Positions 19,132-30,562 are shown, numbered from the stretch's first letter. The stretch: 64,000 nt of DNA from Coriobacteriia bacterium (GCA_016649875.1 JAENWW010000007.1:19715-83714), one strand, 5' to 3'. The notes: generated by a model not told the origin, from the sequence alone. Numbers and translations are program-made.

Positions 19132-19215
19132 ATTATAAGTATAACTTACGCAGTCACATCATGGCTTGTCGGCTATAATCAATTCATCGTCCTACCTATT
19201 TTCGTTGGAGCAATT

Positions 19216-19524
19216 GTGAAAAAAGGATTAAAGATAAAGGCAGCGGAAGAATTCGGGCAGACGCTGGTTGAGGATGCACGGGCTCAGGCACAAGAGACGG
19301 TGGATGAGGCGCTTGTAAAAGCAGTATCGATTGTCTTCGAAATGCGCGAAAAGGCCCTCAAAGAAGTACGGACATACGGTTCGAAGTATGTACTTGAAGC
19401 TCAAAACGATGCCGAACAGATGCTTATCGACGCTAAAAAGAAATCTGAAAAACTGACGATCCTCGCCGAGAAGAATGCCGATGACGCCATCGGGAAAGCC
19501 CTCGCCTTGATAACGCGACGGTAG
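19216..19524 (+). CDS. Small coiled-coil protein resembling V/A-type ATPase stalk subunit G/H (hypothetical)
   Basis: I chose GTG 19216, which follows GGAG, over track start 19114, which overlaps the divergent gene. The sequence is Ala/Glu/Lys-rich with a heptad-like pattern. Confidence 0.35.
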   Translation: MKKGLKIKAAEEFGQTLVEDARAQAQETVDEALVKAVSIVFEMREKALKEVRTYGSKYVLEAQNDAEQMLIDAKKKSEKLTILAEKNADDAIGKALALITRR

Positions 19525-19547
19525 GGAAGGAAGAACGTTATAACGGT

Positions 19548-19916
19548 ATGGCATTTTCGGATAAAGTTGAAATCATACAGGCAAATGCTCAGCGTGAAGC
19601 GCGTTCCATCATCGATGGAGCGCAACTGATTGCTGAAAATAATATCAAACAGGCGCTTCAAGAAGCTGACATCGAGCATGCGCGAATGTTGAAAGAAGCT
19701 GAATTTCAGGCGAAACAGGAAGCTCAGAAGATTTCGTTTGACGGCCGCACGGCCGCACGAGAGCATATACTTTCGGTTCGGGCAGCCCTCGTAGAAAACG
19801 CCGTGAGTAGGTTCGCGCAGATGCTGAAGGATAGAGAGCCCGAGGAACTCGTGTCGGCGCATCGGCAAGAGCTCGAGACACTTTTCGGTAGGGAACTGTT
19901 TCGTGAAAAGAAATAA
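19548..19916 (+). CDS. Small coiled-coil protein resembling the N-terminal half of V/A-type ATPase subunit E (hypothetical)
   Basis: 122 aa containing IIQANAQREARSIIDGAQLIAENNIKQALQEADIEHARMLKEAEFQAKQEAQK. The resemblance is by pattern only. Confidence 0.35.
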   Translation: MAFSDKVEIIQANAQREARSIIDGAQLIAENNIKQALQEADIEHARMLKEAEFQAKQEAQKISFDGRTAAREHILSVRAALVENAVSRFAQMLKDREPEELVSAHRQELETLFGRELFREKK

Positions 19917-20032
19917 TCGGAGTCCCTCATTTCCGCCGCTTGACGTATCTATCATTCGCGGTTATCGTCGGTATTGGAATCGATTATGAATTCAGGACTG
20001 TGCCGTCTCGGTATTGACTGAGGAGATACAAG

Positions 20033-20593
20033 ATGTTGGATGTAATAAAAAACAGGAGAAGCGTCAGAAGCTATCTGGATAAAGAGGTTTCCGAAGAGGA
20101 TATAACCGCGCTTGTCGAAAGCGCGCGACTCGCACCCTCGGCCAACAATATGCAACCGACGCGTTTCATCATAGTGCGCTCGCTTGAAACGAAGGCGGCT
20201 CTCGTCGCCGTGGACCACAACCAGCAATGGATGTTGCAAGCACCGGTCATCATCGTGGCGGTCGCCGATCCGTCCGGTTGGAACGATCGTCCGCTGGGAC
20301 AGTATGAAGAAGGCACTCCTTCAGATGAACAGACTCCCGGGCTCTATCTGAAATATATAATACGGGATGCGGCGATTGCCATTGAAAACCTCATTCTCGA
20401 AGCCGAGGGCAGGGGTCTCTCGTCCTGCTGGACGGGTTGGTTTTCCCAGGCCGACGTTCGTCCCCTGCTCGCCATTCCCGCCGACAAATATGTGTGCGGA
20501 ATCATCACGGTGGGGTACAGCGACAGTCGCTCGCAACCTCGTCCCCGTAAAGATCTCGCCGAAATCCTCATGTACGAAAAATGGTCCGAATGA
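20033..20593 (+). CDS. Nitroreductase-family protein
   Basis: The N-terminus IKNRRSVRSYLDKEVSEEDI...APSANNMQPTRFIIV. Confidence 0.85.
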   Translation: MLDVIKNRRSVRSYLDKEVSEEDITALVESARLAPSANNMQPTRFIIVRSLETKAALVAVDHNQQWMLQAPVIIVAVADPSGWNDRPLGQYEEGTPSDEQTPGLYLKYIIRDAAIAIENLILEAEGRGLSSCWTGWFSQADVRPLLAIPADKYVCGIITVGYSDSRSQPRPRKDLAEILMYEKWSE

Positions 20594-20659
20594 CAGTGGT
20601 TTTTCGGCATTCTGTTTCAGGTTCGGGTTCGCAAGTGGATACGCCCGGTGCCGTGGTGT

Positions 20660-20688
20660 TTGACAAGCCTGCAAAAAACTAGTATCGT
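20660..20688 (+). promoter_or_regulatory. Sigma-70-type promoter for the str/ribosomal-protein operon
   Basis: TTGACA (20660-20665), a 17-nt spacer and TATCGT (20683-20688). It lies about 100 nt upstream of the rpsL start. Confidence 0.55.
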
Positions 20689-20792
20689 TTTACGTTGCGA
20701 CTTTCTCTGGGGTCTTTGTGTTATGCTGCGCATCGAGGTGCCCCGGTTAAAAGTTAGAAAAAATTGTATTGTATCGACGAAGGGAACTTAAG

Positions 20793-21170
20793 TTGCCTAC
20801 CATTAACCAGCTGGTCCGCAAGGGCCGCCGTAAAGTGGAAGAGAAGAGTAAGACCCCAGCGCTCAAGGGTAATCCTCAGCGCCGTGGTGTTTGCACTCGT
20901 GTCTACACAACCACACCGAAAAAGCCGAACTCGGCACTGCGCAAAGTATGCCGTGTTCGCCTGACCAACCAGATGGAAGTTACTGCTTACATTCCCGGTA
21001 TCGGTCATAACCTGCAAGAGCACTCAATCGTACTCGTACGAGGCGGTCGTGTTAAAGACCTTCCTGGTGTGCGCTACAAGGTTATCCGCGGTGCACTCGA
21101 CGCCGCATCCGTAAGCGACCGTGCTCAAGCACGCTCACGCTACGGTGCCAAGAAGCCAAAGAGCAAGTAG
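20793..21170 (+). CDS. rpsL: 30S ribosomal protein S12
   Basis: A TTG start gives the canonical N-terminus (M)[11 protein letters not shown]. The track start at 20769 adds 8 non-conserved residues. Confidence 0.93.
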   Translation: MPTINQLVRKGRRKVEEKSKTPALKGNPQRRGVCTRVYTTTPKKPNSALRKVCRVRLTNQMEVTAYIPGIGHNLQEHSIVLVRGGRVKDLPGVRYKVIRGALDAASVSDRAQARSRYGAKKPKSK

Positions 21171-21224
21171 TAATTAACCGTTCATGAGCCCGAAAGGCTC
21201 TTACCATCTGGAAGGATTGCCCCT

Positions 21225-21695
21225 ATGCCAAGGCGCGCACCAGCTGTTCGTCGCGAAGTTACGCCGGACGCCAAGTATAACAACCGTCTTGTCACCCAGC
21301 TCACCAACAAAGTGCTTTGGGATGGCAAAAAATCAGTGGCCGAATCGATCGTTTACGGTTCGTTCGACATCATTGAAGAGAAGACCGGCAGCGATCCGTT
21401 GTCAGTTTTCAAGACAGCAATGGATAATGTCCGCCCTACGCTCGAGGTTCGTCCCAAGCGTGTCGGTGGATCCACCTACCAAGTGCCTGTTGAGGTGAAC
21501 GCTCGTCGTTCGACCACACTCGCAATTCGCTGGATTGTCGAATATTCGCGTAAGCGTCGCGAGAACACGATGGCCGAGCGCCTCGCCGCAGAAATCATGG
21601 ATGCTGCAAATGGCATCGGTTCCTCGGTTAAAAAGCGTGAAGACCTATACAAGATGGCTGAAGCGAACCGTGCGTTCTCGCACTATCGCTGGTAG
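21225..21695 (+). CDS. rpsG: 30S ribosomal protein S7
   Basis: The N-terminus [12 protein letters not shown]...YNNRLV, and its conserved position after rpsL. Confidence 0.95.
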   Translation: MPRRAPAVRREVTPDAKYNNRLVTQLTNKVLWDGKKSVAESIVYGSFDIIEEKTGSDPLSVFKTAMDNVRPTLEVRPKRVGGSTYQVPVEVNARRSTTLAIRWIVEYSRKRRENTMAERLAAEIMDAANGIGSSVKKREDLYKMAEANRAFSHYRW

Positions 21696-21721
21696 TTTGA
21701 ATAGATAAGGCAAATGAGAAA

Positions 21722-23812
21722 ATGGTAAAAACTTATCCACTAGATAAGACTCGTAACATCGGAATCATGGCGCACATCGATGCTGGTAAAACAACCACCA
21801 CCGAGCGCATTTTGTTCTACACCGGAAAAACTCACAAAATCGGTGAGGTTCACGAAGGTGCGGCTGTCATGGACTGGATGGAGCAAGAGCAGGAGCGCGG
21901 TATCACCATTACCTCGGCTGCGACGACTTGTTTCTGGAAAGACCATCGCATTCAAATCATCGACACCCCCGGTCACGTCGACTTCACCGTTGAAGTGGAG
22001 CGCTCGCTGCGCGTACTCGACGGCGCGGTCGCGGTGTTTTGTGCGGTAGCCGGTGTCCAGCCTCAGTCTGAGACCGTATGGCGCCAAGCGCATAAATATG
22101 GTGTTCCCCGTATGGCCTACGTCAACAAGATGGACCGCACCGGAGCAAACTTCGATAACGTCATCGCAATGATGGACGATCGTCTCGATGCCCATCCCGT
22201 CGCCATCCAGCTTCCGATCGGTGCCGAGGAACAGTTCGCAGGTCTCATCGATCTCGTCGAGATGAAAGCCATCTTCTTCGCAGAGGATGACAACAATTCA
22301 CATCCGATCGAGGGAGATATCCCCGCGGACTATCTCGAGGCGGCCGAAGAGGCACGCCAAGCGATGATCGAGGCTGCCGCCGATTCCGACGAGGGCCTCA
22401 TGGTGAAAGTTCTCGAAGAGGAAGAAATCACCGTTGCCGACATCAAGACTGCAATCCGTAAGGGCTGCATCGCCTCAGAACTCACGCCGGTCATTTGCGG
22501 CTCTTCTTTCAAGAATAAAGGCGTTCAGCAAATGCTCGATGCGGTTCTCGACTATCTGCCGAGTCCGCTCGATATTCCCGCAATTCACGGTATCGATCTG
22601 GAAACCGACGAGGACACGACGCGCCCGCCCGATATAAAAGCACCGTTTGCCGCTCTCGCATTCAAGGTCATGACAGACCCGTTCGTCGGGAAGCTTACGT
22701 ATTTCCGTGTGTATTCCGGTCAGCTCGAGTCAGGTTCTTATGCGCTCAACAGCACAAAGGACAACAGAGAGCGCATCGGCCGTCTTTTGCAGATGCACGC
22801 CAACACCCGTCAAGATATCACCGTTGCGCAAGCCGGTGACATCGTTGCGGCCGTCGGATTGAAGAACACCACCACGGGCGACACGCTTTGTGATGAAAAT
22901 CATCCCGTGCTGCTCGAGTCGATGGTGTTCCCCGATCCTGTCATCGACATCGCCATCGAGCCTGCGACCAAAATCGAGCAAGAAAAGCTCGCCACCGGTC
23001 TTTCTCGTCTCGCCGAAGAAGATCCGACCTTCCGTGTGCGCACCGATACCGAGACGGGTCAAACCATCATCGCCGGTATGGGCGAGCTTCACCTCGAAGT
23101 CATCGTCGACCGCCTGTTGCGTGAATTCAAAGTCGAGGCAAACGTCGGTAAGCCGCAAGTCGCTTATCGCGAGACCGCCGGTCAGCGTGTCGATCGTCAG
23201 GACACCAAGTTCGCCCGTCAGTCGGGTGGACACGGTCAGTATGGCCACGTTGTCATAAACTTGATTCCGCAAGAGCATGGTGGCGGTTATGAATTCGATA
23301 ACAAAATCGTCGGAGGTTCCATTCCGAAAGAATTCATTCCTTCGGTCGATAAGGGCATCCGAGAGGCTTTGACATCGGGTATACTGTCGGGATTTCCGAC
23401 CGTGGACGTTAAAGTCGAGCTGATCGACGGTTCATATCACGAAGTCGACTCTTCGGAAATGGCCTTCAAAATTGCCGGTTCGATGGCAATCAAAGAAGCG
23501 ATGCGCAAATCGCACCCGGTTTTGCTCGAGCCGGTCATGGAAGTCGAAGTCACCACTCCTGAAAATTACATGGGCGATGTCATGGGCGACTTGAGTTCAC
23601 GTCGCGGACGTATCGAAGGCATGGAGCCTCAGGGCAATGCTCAACTCGTACGTGCTAAAGTGCCTCTTTCCGAGATGTTCGGTTACTCGACCGATCTTCG
23701 TTCGAAGACGCAAGGACGTGCCGTTTACTCGATGACGTTTAAGGCGTACGAACCGGTGCCCAAGTCGATCGTTGAGGAAATCGCCGCTAAAAACGGTGGA
23801 TATTCAGACTAG
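21722..23812 (+). CDS. fusA: Elongation factor G
   Basis: Contains the GTPase motifs [20 protein letters not shown] and DTPGHVDF. 696 aa. Confidence 0.95.
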   Translation: MVKTYPLDKTRNIGIMAHIDAGKTTTTERILFYTGKTHKIGEVHEGAAVMDWMEQEQERGITITSAATTCFWKDHRIQIIDTPGHVDFTVEVERSLRVLDGAVAVFCAVAGVQPQSETVWRQAHKYGVPRMAYVNKMDRTGANFDNVIAMMDDRLDAHPVAIQLPIGAEEQFAGLIDLVEMKAIFFAEDDNNSHPIEGDIPADYLEAAEEARQAMIEAAADSDEGLMVKVLEEEEITVADIKTAIRKGCIASELTPVICGSSFKNKGVQQMLDAVLDYLPSPLDIPAIHGIDLETDEDTTRPPDIKAPFAALAFKVMTDPFVGKLTYFRVYSGQLESGSYALNSTKDNRERIGRLLQMHANTRQDITVAQAGDIVAAVGLKNTTTGDTLCDENHPVLLESMVFPDPVIDIAIEPATKIEQEKLATGLSRLAEEDPTFRVRTDTETGQTIIAGMGELHLEVIVDRLLREFKVEANVGKPQVAYRETAGQRVDRQDTKFARQSGGHGQYGHVVINLIPQEHGGGYEFDNKIVGGSIPKEFIPSVDKGIREALTSGILSGFPTVDVKVELIDGSYHEVDSSEMAFKIAGSMAIKEAMRKSHPVLLEPVMEVEVTTPENYMGDVMGDLSSRRGRIEGMEPQGNAQLVRAKVPLSEMFGYSTDLRSKTQGRAVYSMTFKAYEPVPKSIVEEIAAKNGGYSD

Positions 23813-23878
23813 TTGTTAACCCCGGGAGGGCTCGGCAATCATGCTCGGGTTCACTGGATTAAACGAAAGGTAAGTATA

Positions 23879-24187
23879 GTGTCGAACCAGAAAATAAGGA
23901 TTCGCCTCAAAGGTTACGATCACGAGATTGTAGACCAGTCGACTAAGAAGATTGTGGATACCGCGATCAGTACCGGCGCAAAGGTAATCGGACCCATTCC
24001 GTTGCCGACTTCTCGTAACCTTTATTGTGTGATCCGCTCACCGCACGTAAACAAGGATTCACGCGAGCATTTCGAGTTGCGCACACATAAGCGCCTCATC
24101 GAAATCATCGATGCAAAGCCCAAGACCGCCGATGCTCTGAGTCGTTTGGATCTTCCTGCGGGTGTCGAGATTGAGATTAAAGCGTAA
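23879..24187 (+). CDS. rpsJ: 30S ribosomal protein S10
   Basis: I trimmed the ORF to GTG 23879. The N-terminus (M)[14 protein letters not shown] is canonical for S10. Confidence 0.92.
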   Translation: MSNQKIRIRLKGYDHEIVDQSTKKIVDTAISTGAKVIGPIPLPTSRNLYCVIRSPHVNKDSREHFELRTHKRLIEIIDAKPKTADALSRLDLPAGVEIEIKA

Positions 24188-24328
24188 GCTTTCTTTGTGG
24201 TATCATATGCACTTGCGTGTTTTGGGGTAGTGAGGACATGCGTGTATCTGTTATAGAGGTGACCCGCTGAGAGCAGCACCATGGGGGTGCTGGAGTGTCT
24301 CACGATCACACGAGCAAAAGGATGTGTT

Positions 24329-24949
24329 ATGAGCAAGACTATTCTCGGCCGAAAGCTGGGAATGACCCAAGTCTGGACTGAAGAGGGAAATCTTCTTCCG
24401 GTCACGGTCATCCAAGCAGGCCCCTGTGTCGTTACACAGGTAAAGACCATCGTTACGGATGGCTACAACGCCATTCAAATCGGCTTCGGCGAAATCGCCG
24501 AAAATAAAGTGAATAAGCCTCGTGCCGGACACTTTGAAAAAGCCGGTGTCGATCCCGTCAAGTATCTTGCCGAGATTCGCCTCGATTCCACTCCGGAGAA
24601 TAAAGCCGGCGACAGCATCGACGTGGGAATTTTCGCAGATACCAAGAAGGTCAACATCTCGGGCGTCAGCAAAGGTAAGGGCTTCGCCGGTGTCATGAAG
24701 CGCCATAACTTCAAGGGCGGTCCCGGCGGACACGGTTCGCACTTCCACCGCGCTCCGGGTTCTGTCGGCCAGGCTTCAACTCCTTCGCGCGTTTTCAAGG
24801 GGCAGAAACTTCCCGGTCACATGGGAGTCGATAAAGTAACCGTACAAAACCTCGATGTCGTAAAAATCGATGTCGAGCAAAACTTGCTCATCATAAAGGG
24901 TGCCGTCCCTGGCGGCAAGGGTGCATTGCTCACCATCAAAATGGCGTAG
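24329..24949 (+). CDS. rplC: 50S ribosomal protein L3
   Basis: I trimmed the ORF to ATG 24329, giving [16 protein letters not shown]. Confidence 0.92.
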   Translation: MSKTILGRKLGMTQVWTEEGNLLPVTVIQAGPCVVTQVKTIVTDGYNAIQIGFGEIAENKVNKPRAGHFEKAGVDPVKYLAEIRLDSTPENKAGDSIDVGIFADTKKVNISGVSKGKGFAGVMKRHNFKGGPGGHGSHFHRAPGSVGQASTPSRVFKGQKLPGHMGVDKVTVQNLDVVKIDVEQNLLIIKGAVPGGKGALLTIKMA

Positions 24950-24980
24950 CACCTAAGTCAGAGACACAAGGAGAAACACA

Positions 24981-25607
24981 ATGGCAGTAGTAAATATTAA
25001 AGATGTAGCAGCGGACAAGACCCGCAACGAAAACATCGACGACGCAGTCTTCGGGATTGAGCCGAACGTTTTCGTTGTACATCAAGTTGTTCGCAGCCAG
25101 CAAGCAGCATTGCGTGCCGGTACCCATGAAACTAAAACTCGCGCTCGTGTAAGCGGCGGCGGCAAGAAACCATGGCGTCAGAAGGGTACCGGTCGCGCTC
25201 GTCAAGGTACCATTCGTGCCCCACAGTGGGCAGGCGGTGGCGTCGTCTTCGGTCCTCATCCTCGCAGCTATGCGTTCAAGGTTCCGAACAAAGTCGTCAA
25301 GCTCGCCATGCGTTCGGCGCTTTCCTCGAAGCTCTTCGATGAGGTTCTCTTCGTCGTTGAGAACTTCAAATTCGACAAGCCTTCCGCTAAAGATGCCTCT
25401 GCGATTTTGAAGAATCTTGGTCTCGAGGATCGCAAGATAACCATTCTCGTTGAAAACGAAAACGACAATGCGTATCTTTCTTTCCGCAACCTCGATCGTG
25501 TTCGTGTTCTCTTCGCGTATGAGGCAAACACCTACGATCTTGTTGACAATACGGCAGTTCTTTTCTCTGCTGACTCACTAAGCTGGGTTGGGGAGGTGCT
25601 CAAGTAA
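24981..25607 (+). CDS. rplD: 50S ribosomal protein L4
   Basis: Contains GGGKKPWRQKGTGRARQG. Conserved gene order. Confidence 0.93.
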   Translation: MAVVNIKDVAADKTRNENIDDAVFGIEPNVFVVHQVVRSQQAALRAGTHETKTRARVSGGGKKPWRQKGTGRARQGTIRAPQWAGGGVVFGPHPRSYAFKVPNKVVKLAMRSALSSKLFDEVLFVVENFKFDKPSAKDASAILKNLGLEDRKITILVENENDNAYLSFRNLDRVRVLFAYEANTYDLVDNTAVLFSADSLSWVGEVLK

Positions 25608-25897
25608 TGTACGATCCACGTCAGATTATCATTCGCCCCATCGTATCGGAGAAGTCTTTTGATATCATGGAGGAGCAGAACCGCTATACTTTTGAGGTAG
25701 CGAAAACGGCGACGAAACCGCAGATTGCAAACGCAATCGAAACGATTTTCGAAGTCAAGGTCCTCAAAGTCAATGTGATGAATGTTTCGGGAAAGCCCCG
25801 TCGCGTTCGTCAAGCTCTTGGAAAGACGCGTAGTTGGAAAAAGGCAATCGTCTCCTTAAAAGCCGGCGATACCATCGAAATTTTCCCCAACGCATAG
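25607..25897 (+). CDS. rplW: 50S ribosomal protein L23
   Basis: 96 aa starting IIIRPIVSEKS. Conserved gene order. Confidence 0.92.
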   Translation: MYDPRQIIIRPIVSEKSFDIMEEQNRYTFEVAKTATKPQIANAIETIFEVKVLKVNVMNVSGKPRRVRQALGKTRSWKKAIVSLKAGDTIEIFPNA

Positions 25898-26032
25898 TCA
25901 ATGTATGCCTCTTAAGTGGGGGGCATGAGGGTGCTCGCGTCCGCAACTTAATGGACACGCTCGGCACCGTGGTAGTCCGGCGTCAGACCGCAACGTCCCG
26001 TACGGTCGGGCCATCGGACGGAAGGAGTTGAA

Positions 26033-26863
26033 ATGGGACTAAAGAAGTATAAGCCGACTTCACCGGGTCGTCGCGGCATGTCAGTTTCTGACTTTGCAGA
26101 AATCACGTGTACGACCCCTGAGAAGTCCTTGCTTGAGCCACTACCTAAAAATGGTGGACGTAACAACAACGGACGTATTACCGTTCGCCACCAAGGTGGA
26201 GGACATAAGCGTCGTTATCGTGTAATCGATTTCAAGCGTCGCAAAGACGGCGTACCCGCCAATGTTGCAACCATCGAGTACGATCCGAACCGCTCGGCTC
26301 GTATCGCCTTGTTACACTATGCGGACGGTGAGAAGCGCTACATCCTGTGCCCTAAGGGACTCGAGGTAGGAGCCAAGGTCGAAAGCGGCCCGGAGGCAGA
26401 CATCAAGCCCGGCAACACGTTGCCGCTTTCAGCGATTCCCGTCGGTACCGTCGTTCACGCTGTTGAGATGCAGCCCGGTAAAGGTGCGGCTCTCGCTCGT
26501 TCGGCCGGAACTTCGATTCAGCTCATGGGTAAAGAAGATACGTACGCTATCCTTCGTATGCCCAGTTCCGAGACGCGTCGCGTGCTTTTAACTTGTCGCG
26601 CTACCATCGGTGAAGTAGGTAATGCCGATCACGCCAACATCGTCATCGGCAAAGCTGGCCGTAAGCGTCACATGGGCGTTCGTCCGACGGTTCGCGGTAC
26701 GGCCATGAACCCCGTCGATCACCCGCATGGCGGTGGTGAAGGCAAGAACAAGTCAGCCGGTCGTCACCCCGTTACGCCGTGGGGCGTTCCGACGAAGGGC
26801 CATCGTACCCGTTCGAAGAATAAGCCATCAGATCGCCTCATTATCAGGCGTCGTAAGAAATAA
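26033..26863 (+). CDS. rplB: 50S ribosomal protein L2
   Basis: The N-terminus [11 protein letters not shown] and the motif HPHGGGEGK. Confidence 0.95.
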   Translation: MGLKKYKPTSPGRRGMSVSDFAEITCTTPEKSLLEPLPKNGGRNNNGRITVRHQGGGHKRRYRVIDFKRRKDGVPANVATIEYDPNRSARIALLHYADGEKRYILCPKGLEVGAKVESGPEADIKPGNTLPLSAIPVGTVVHAVEMQPGKGAALARSAGTSIQLMGKEDTYAILRMPSSETRRVLLTCRATIGEVGNADHANIVIGKAGRKRHMGVRPTVRGTAMNPVDHPHGGGEGKNKSAGRHPVTPWGVPTKGHRTRSKNKPSDRLIIRRRKK

Positions 26864-26884
26864 CAGACGAGAGGAGTATTTAAG

Positions 26885-27157
26885 ATGAGCAGAAGCCTCA
26901 AAAAAGGACCGTTCGTCGAGGCTCGTCTATTAGGACGTATTCAGGCGATGAACGAATCCGGCGACAAGCGAGTCATCAAGACTTGGTCGCGCAGTTCGAC
27001 TATCTTTCCGGAGATGGTCGGCCACACAATCGCGGTCTATGATGGCCGCAAGCACGTACCTGTTTATGTAACCGAGTCTATGGTAGGGCACAAGCTTGGT
27101 GAGTTTTCACCATCTCGTACATTCCGTGGACATGCTAACTCGAAAAAGGAGGTTTGA
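26885..27157 (+). CDS. rpsS: 30S ribosomal protein S19
   Basis: The N-terminus [11 protein letters not shown] and the motif [12 protein letters not shown]. Confidence 0.95.
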   Translation: MSRSLKKGPFVEARLLGRIQAMNESGDKRVIKTWSRSSTIFPEMVGHTIAVYDGRKHVPVYVTESMVGHKLGEFSPSRTFRGHANSKKEV

Positions 27158-27160
27158 CGT

Positions 27161-27499
27161 ATGCAAGCAAAAGCAATCGCACGTTTTCAGCGTATAGCAC
27201 CTCGTAAGGCTCGTATCGTCGTCGACCTCGTTCGAGGCAAGTCGGTTGAAGAGGCACGTGGAATCCTGAAGTTTTCAACGCGAGATGCATCCGAGGTTGT
27301 TGAGAAAGTCGTCAACAGCGCAACTGCAAACGCTGCGAATCTGCACGACATTAAATCAGACGAGCTTTTCATCAAGGAAATATTCGTTGATGAGGGCCCG
27401 ACCATGAAGCGCATCCAGCCTCGTGCACAGGGTCGCGCCAATCGAATCAACAAGCGCACCTGCCACATCACCGTGGTCGTTGCAACGAAGGAGGCGTAA
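27161..27499 (+). CDS. rplV: 50S ribosomal protein L22
   Basis: Contains the motif [17 protein letters not shown]. Confidence 0.93.
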   Translation: MQAKAIARFQRIAPRKARIVVDLVRGKSVEEARGILKFSTRDASEVVEKVVNSATANAANLHDIKSDELFIKEIFVDEGPTMKRIQPRAQGRANRINKRTCHITVVVATKEA

Positions 27500-27501
27500 C
27501 T

Positions 27502-28209
27502 ATGGGCCAGAAAGTATGTCCGATCGGACTGCGCCTGGGTATTACCGAGAGTCACCGATCACGTTGGTACGGCGGCAAGGATTACGCCAAGATTCTCGCG
27601 AACGATATCAAGCTCCGTAGCTTCCTCAAGACACGCCTCGAGCGTGCCGCCATTGCGAGCATCATCATCGAGCGCAAAGGCGAGAAAACCGAGATTGAAA
27701 TCTGGACCGCACGCCCGGGTATCGTCATCGGTAAAAAAGGTTCTGAAGTCGACGTGCTCCGCGCGGAACTCGAAGCTATCGCTGGCGGTATCGTTGACAT
27801 CAAGATTGTCGAAGTGACTCGTCCCGAGATCAACTCCACGCTCGTGGCACAGTCGGTTGCCGATCAGCTTATCGGTCGTGTGGCGTTCCGTCGTGCGATG
27901 CGCAAGTCTGTTTCAGCTGCCATGAAGAGCGGCGCACTCGGTATTCGTATCCAGTGCAGCGGTCGTCTCGGCGGTGCCGAAATGGGACGTCGCGAGTGGT
28001 ATCGCGAGGGTCGTGTGCCTCTTCACACGCTTCGCGCCAAAATAGATTACGGTTTTGCCGAGGCAAAAACCACCATGGGAATCATCGGCATCAAAGTTTG
28101 GATCTTCCATGGTGAGGTTCTCCCCGGGCAAAAGTCTCCAAATCCATCGATTGAGGGTACCCGCGCACCGCGCAGTCCTCGTCGCGGTGGTAATAGGAGG
28201 GATAAATAA
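27502..28209 (+). CDS. rpsC: 30S ribosomal protein S3
   Basis: The N-terminus [14 protein letters not shown], followed by a KH domain. Confidence 0.95.
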   Translation: MGQKVCPIGLRLGITESHRSRWYGGKDYAKILANDIKLRSFLKTRLERAAIASIIIERKGEKTEIEIWTARPGIVIGKKGSEVDVLRAELEAIAGGIVDIKIVEVTRPEINSTLVAQSVADQLIGRVAFRRAMRKSVSAAMKSGALGIRIQCSGRLGGAEMGRREWYREGRVPLHTLRAKIDYGFAEAKTTMGIIGIKVWIFHGEVLPGQKSPNPSIEGTRAPRSPRRGGNRRDK

Positions 28210-28634
28210 TGCTGAGCCCAAAACGTGTTAAGCACCGTAAGGTGCAGCGCGGTTCGATGAAGGGTAGCGCCAAAGGCGGTACCAAGGTGACATTCGGTGA
28301 ATTCGGTCTTCAGGCTCTTCAGCCGGCGTGGATCACCGACCGTCAAATCGAAGCCGCCCGTGTTGCAATGACTCGTTACATGAAGCGTGGCGGTAAGGTC
28401 TGGATTACGATTTTCCCGGACAAGCCTGTTACGAAGAAGCCTGCCGAAACCCGCATGGGTTCAGGTAAAGGTAACCCCGAGTTGTGGGTCGCCGTGGTGA
28501 AACCGGGTCGAGTAATGTTCGAGATCGGTGGCGTTGATGAGGCGACGGCTCGCGAAGCTATGCGACTCGCTGCCCATAAACTCCCGATCAAAGTGAAATT
28601 TGTTACCCGTGAAATAGCAGACGGGGAGGCATAA
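28209..28634 (+). CDS. rplP: 50S ribosomal protein L16
   Basis: The N-terminus [15 protein letters not shown]. Confidence 0.95.
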   Translation: MLSPKRVKHRKVQRGSMKGSAKGGTKVTFGEFGLQALQPAWITDRQIEAARVAMTRYMKRGGKVWITIFPDKPVTKKPAETRMGSGKGNPELWVAVVKPGRVMFEIGGVDEATAREAMRLAAHKLPIKVKFVTREIADGEA

Positions 28635-28847
28635 ATGAAACCAGTAGAAGTACGCGGGCTCGATGAAGCCGCATTGGAAACAAAATTGAAGGAAAGCCGC
28701 GGGGATTTGTTCAATCTTCGCTTCCGCCTTGCCACGGGTCAAATGGATGACACCAACAAGATCGGTCGCATCAAGAAGGACATTGCGCGCCTTCAAACTG
28801 AAATTCGTTCCCGTCAACTCGCTGCCGCAAAAAGCGCTGAGAACTAA
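28635..28847 (+). CDS. rpmC: 50S ribosomal protein L29
   Basis: 70 aa containing [13 protein letters not shown]. Confidence 0.9.
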   Translation: MKPVEVRGLDEAALETKLKESRGDLFNLRFRLATGQMDDTNKIGRIKKDIARLQTEIRSRQLAAAKSAEN

Positions 28848-28864
28848 GGGAAGTGAGGAACATT

Positions 28865-29125
28865 ATGACTACCGATCGTAATAGTCGCAAGGTTCGTCAG
28901 GGAGTCGTTGTATCGGCTTCCGGCGACAAAACTTGTGTTGTTGAAATCAAAGAGCGCAAGAAGCACGAAACCTACAACAAGATGATTACCCGTACCAAGA
29001 ATCTTCATGCTCATGATGAGCAGAACGAGGCCGGTATCGGTGACACCGTTTCTATCATGGAAACCCGTCCGCTTTCGAAAATGAAGCGTTGGCGTCTTGT
29101 TGAGATTATTGAGAAAGCTAAGTAA
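28865..29125 (+). CDS. rpsQ: 30S ribosomal protein S17
   Basis: I prefer ATG 28865, which follows GGAAGTGAGGAA. Contains [19 protein letters not shown]. Confidence 0.9.
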   Translation: MTTDRNSRKVRQGVVVSASGDKTCVVEIKERKKHETYNKMITRTKNLHAHDEQNEAGIGDTVSIMETRPLSKMKRWRLVEIIEKAK

Positions 29126-29205
29126 GCAAGTATTTGGACCATGTGAGTCGTGAATGTGTGCATCCGCACACCGCTGATGTGCTCACAGTTTTGAGAGGTT
29201 GAACG

Positions 29206-29574
29206 ATGATCCAAGCAGAGACCAGGATAAAAGTCGCCGACAACTCGGGCGCACGTAAGCTTTTGTGCATCAAAGTTCTCGGTGGTTCGAAGCGCCGCTA
29301 TGCTTATGTCGGCGATGAAATTATTTGCACGGTGAAAGAGGCGTTGCCAAACGGCGCCGTCAAAAAGAGCGAGGTAGTTCGTGCCGTGGTCGTACGTACC
29401 AAAAAAGAGGTGCGTCGCCCGGATGGTAGCTACATCAAGTTCGATGAAAATGCCGCCGTCGTAATCGATGATCAAGGTAGCCCACGCGGTACACGTATCT
29501 TCGGCCCTGTAGCTCGTGAGCTTCGCGAGAAGCGCTACATGAAGATCGTTTCGCTCGCTCCTGAGGTTCTTTAA
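29206..29574 (+). CDS. rplN: 50S ribosomal protein L14
   Basis: The N-terminus [17 protein letters not shown]. Confidence 0.95.
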   Translation: MIQAETRIKVADNSGARKLLCIKVLGGSKRRYAYVGDEIICTVKEALPNGAVKKSEVVRAVVVRTKKEVRRPDGSYIKFDENAAVVIDDQGSPRGTRIFGPVARELREKRYMKIVSLAPEVL

Positions 29575-29587
29575 GGAGACCTGCACA

Positions 29588-29905
29588 ATGACGAAACTAA
29601 ACATTCGCAAAGGCGATAAAGTAGCAGTTATCGCCGGCAAAGACAAAGGCAAGGAAGGTCGCGTTCTTGCAACGTTCCCTTATAAGGAGCGCATACTCGT
29701 CGAGCATGTCGCCGTTGCCAAAAAGGCTACTCGTCCGACGCAGCAAAATCCGCAAGGCGGCATCGTCGACATGGAGTTGCCCGTGCACGTGAGCAACTTG
29801 ATGATTGTTTGCCCGAAGTGTGGAATGCCCACTCGTGTTTCGATCAAGCGCGAAGATGGCGTACGCACCCGTGTTTGCAAGAAGTGCGGCAACGATATCG
29901 ACTGA
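29588..29905 (+). CDS. rplX: 50S ribosomal protein L24 (C-terminus carries CxxC...CxxC)
   Basis: Contains the KOW motif KGDKVAVIAGKDKGKEG. The C-terminal sequence is CPKCGMPTRVSIKREDGVRTRVCKKCG. Confidence 0.92.
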   Translation: MTKLNIRKGDKVAVIAGKDKGKEGRVLATFPYKERILVEHVAVAKKATRPTQQNPQGGIVDMELPVHVSNLMIVCPKCGMPTRVSIKREDGVRTRVCKKCGNDID

Positions 29906-30013
29906 CATCGACTAATGACGGTCGATTTGGTAAAATGGCTCCTTGCGTGATTGCAGGGAGGCACAGGTTCAGAAATCCTGTGCTTAAAGCCCCAGAAGAA
30001 AGGTTTTGTGAAG

Positions 30014-30562
30014 ATGGTCCCAAGGCTTAAAGAGAAATATGATAAAGAGGTTGCTTCTGCTCTGAAAGAGCAACTTGGTTTCAACAACGTGATGGAGATT
30101 CCGCATCTCGAAAAAATCGTCGTCAACATGGGCGTGGGTGCTGCGGTCACCGAATCCAAGCAGCTCGACGCCGCCATGGAGGACCTTCGTGTCATCACAG
30201 GCCAGCAACCGATGATTACTCGTGCCAAGAAGTCCATCGCGAGCTTCAAAATCCGTCAGGGAATGCCTATCGGCTGCAAAGTGACACTTCGCGGCGACCG
30301 TATGTGGGAGTTCTTCGACCGCCTTTTGGCAACCGCGATTCCTCGTATTCGCGACTTTCGCGGACTTTCTGCGAAGAGTTTCGACGGACGTGGCAACTAC
30401 TCGATGGGTATTACCGAGCAACTCATTTTCCCCGAAGTCGAATACGATAAAGTCGACCGTACTCGTGGTATGGATGTCACGTTTGTGACGACCTCGCAAA
30501 ACGATGAGGGCGCAAAGGCTCTGCTCGATGCTTTCGGTTTCCCTTTCAAGGGTGAGAAGTAA
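30014..30562 (+). CDS. rplE: 50S ribosomal protein L5
   Basis: I trimmed the ORF to ATG 30014, giving [13 protein letters not shown]. Confidence 0.92.
   Translation: MVPRLKEKYDKEVASALKEQLGFNNVMEIPHLEKIVVNMGVGAAVTESKQLDAAMEDLRVITGQQPMITRAKKSIASFKIRQGMPIGCKVTLRGDRMWEFFDRLLATAIPRIRDFRGLSAKSFDGRGNYSMGITEQLIFPEVEYDKVDRTRGMDVTFVTTSQNDEGAKALLDAFGFPFKGEK

Noticed and set aside
21171-21224. Hairpin GAGCC-cgaaa-GGCTC in the rpsL-rpsG spacer, considered as an S7 autoregulatory site
   Set aside because: It is a single short 5-bp stem. An S7 operator is plausible by analogy with E. coli, but there is too little sequence evidence to call it.
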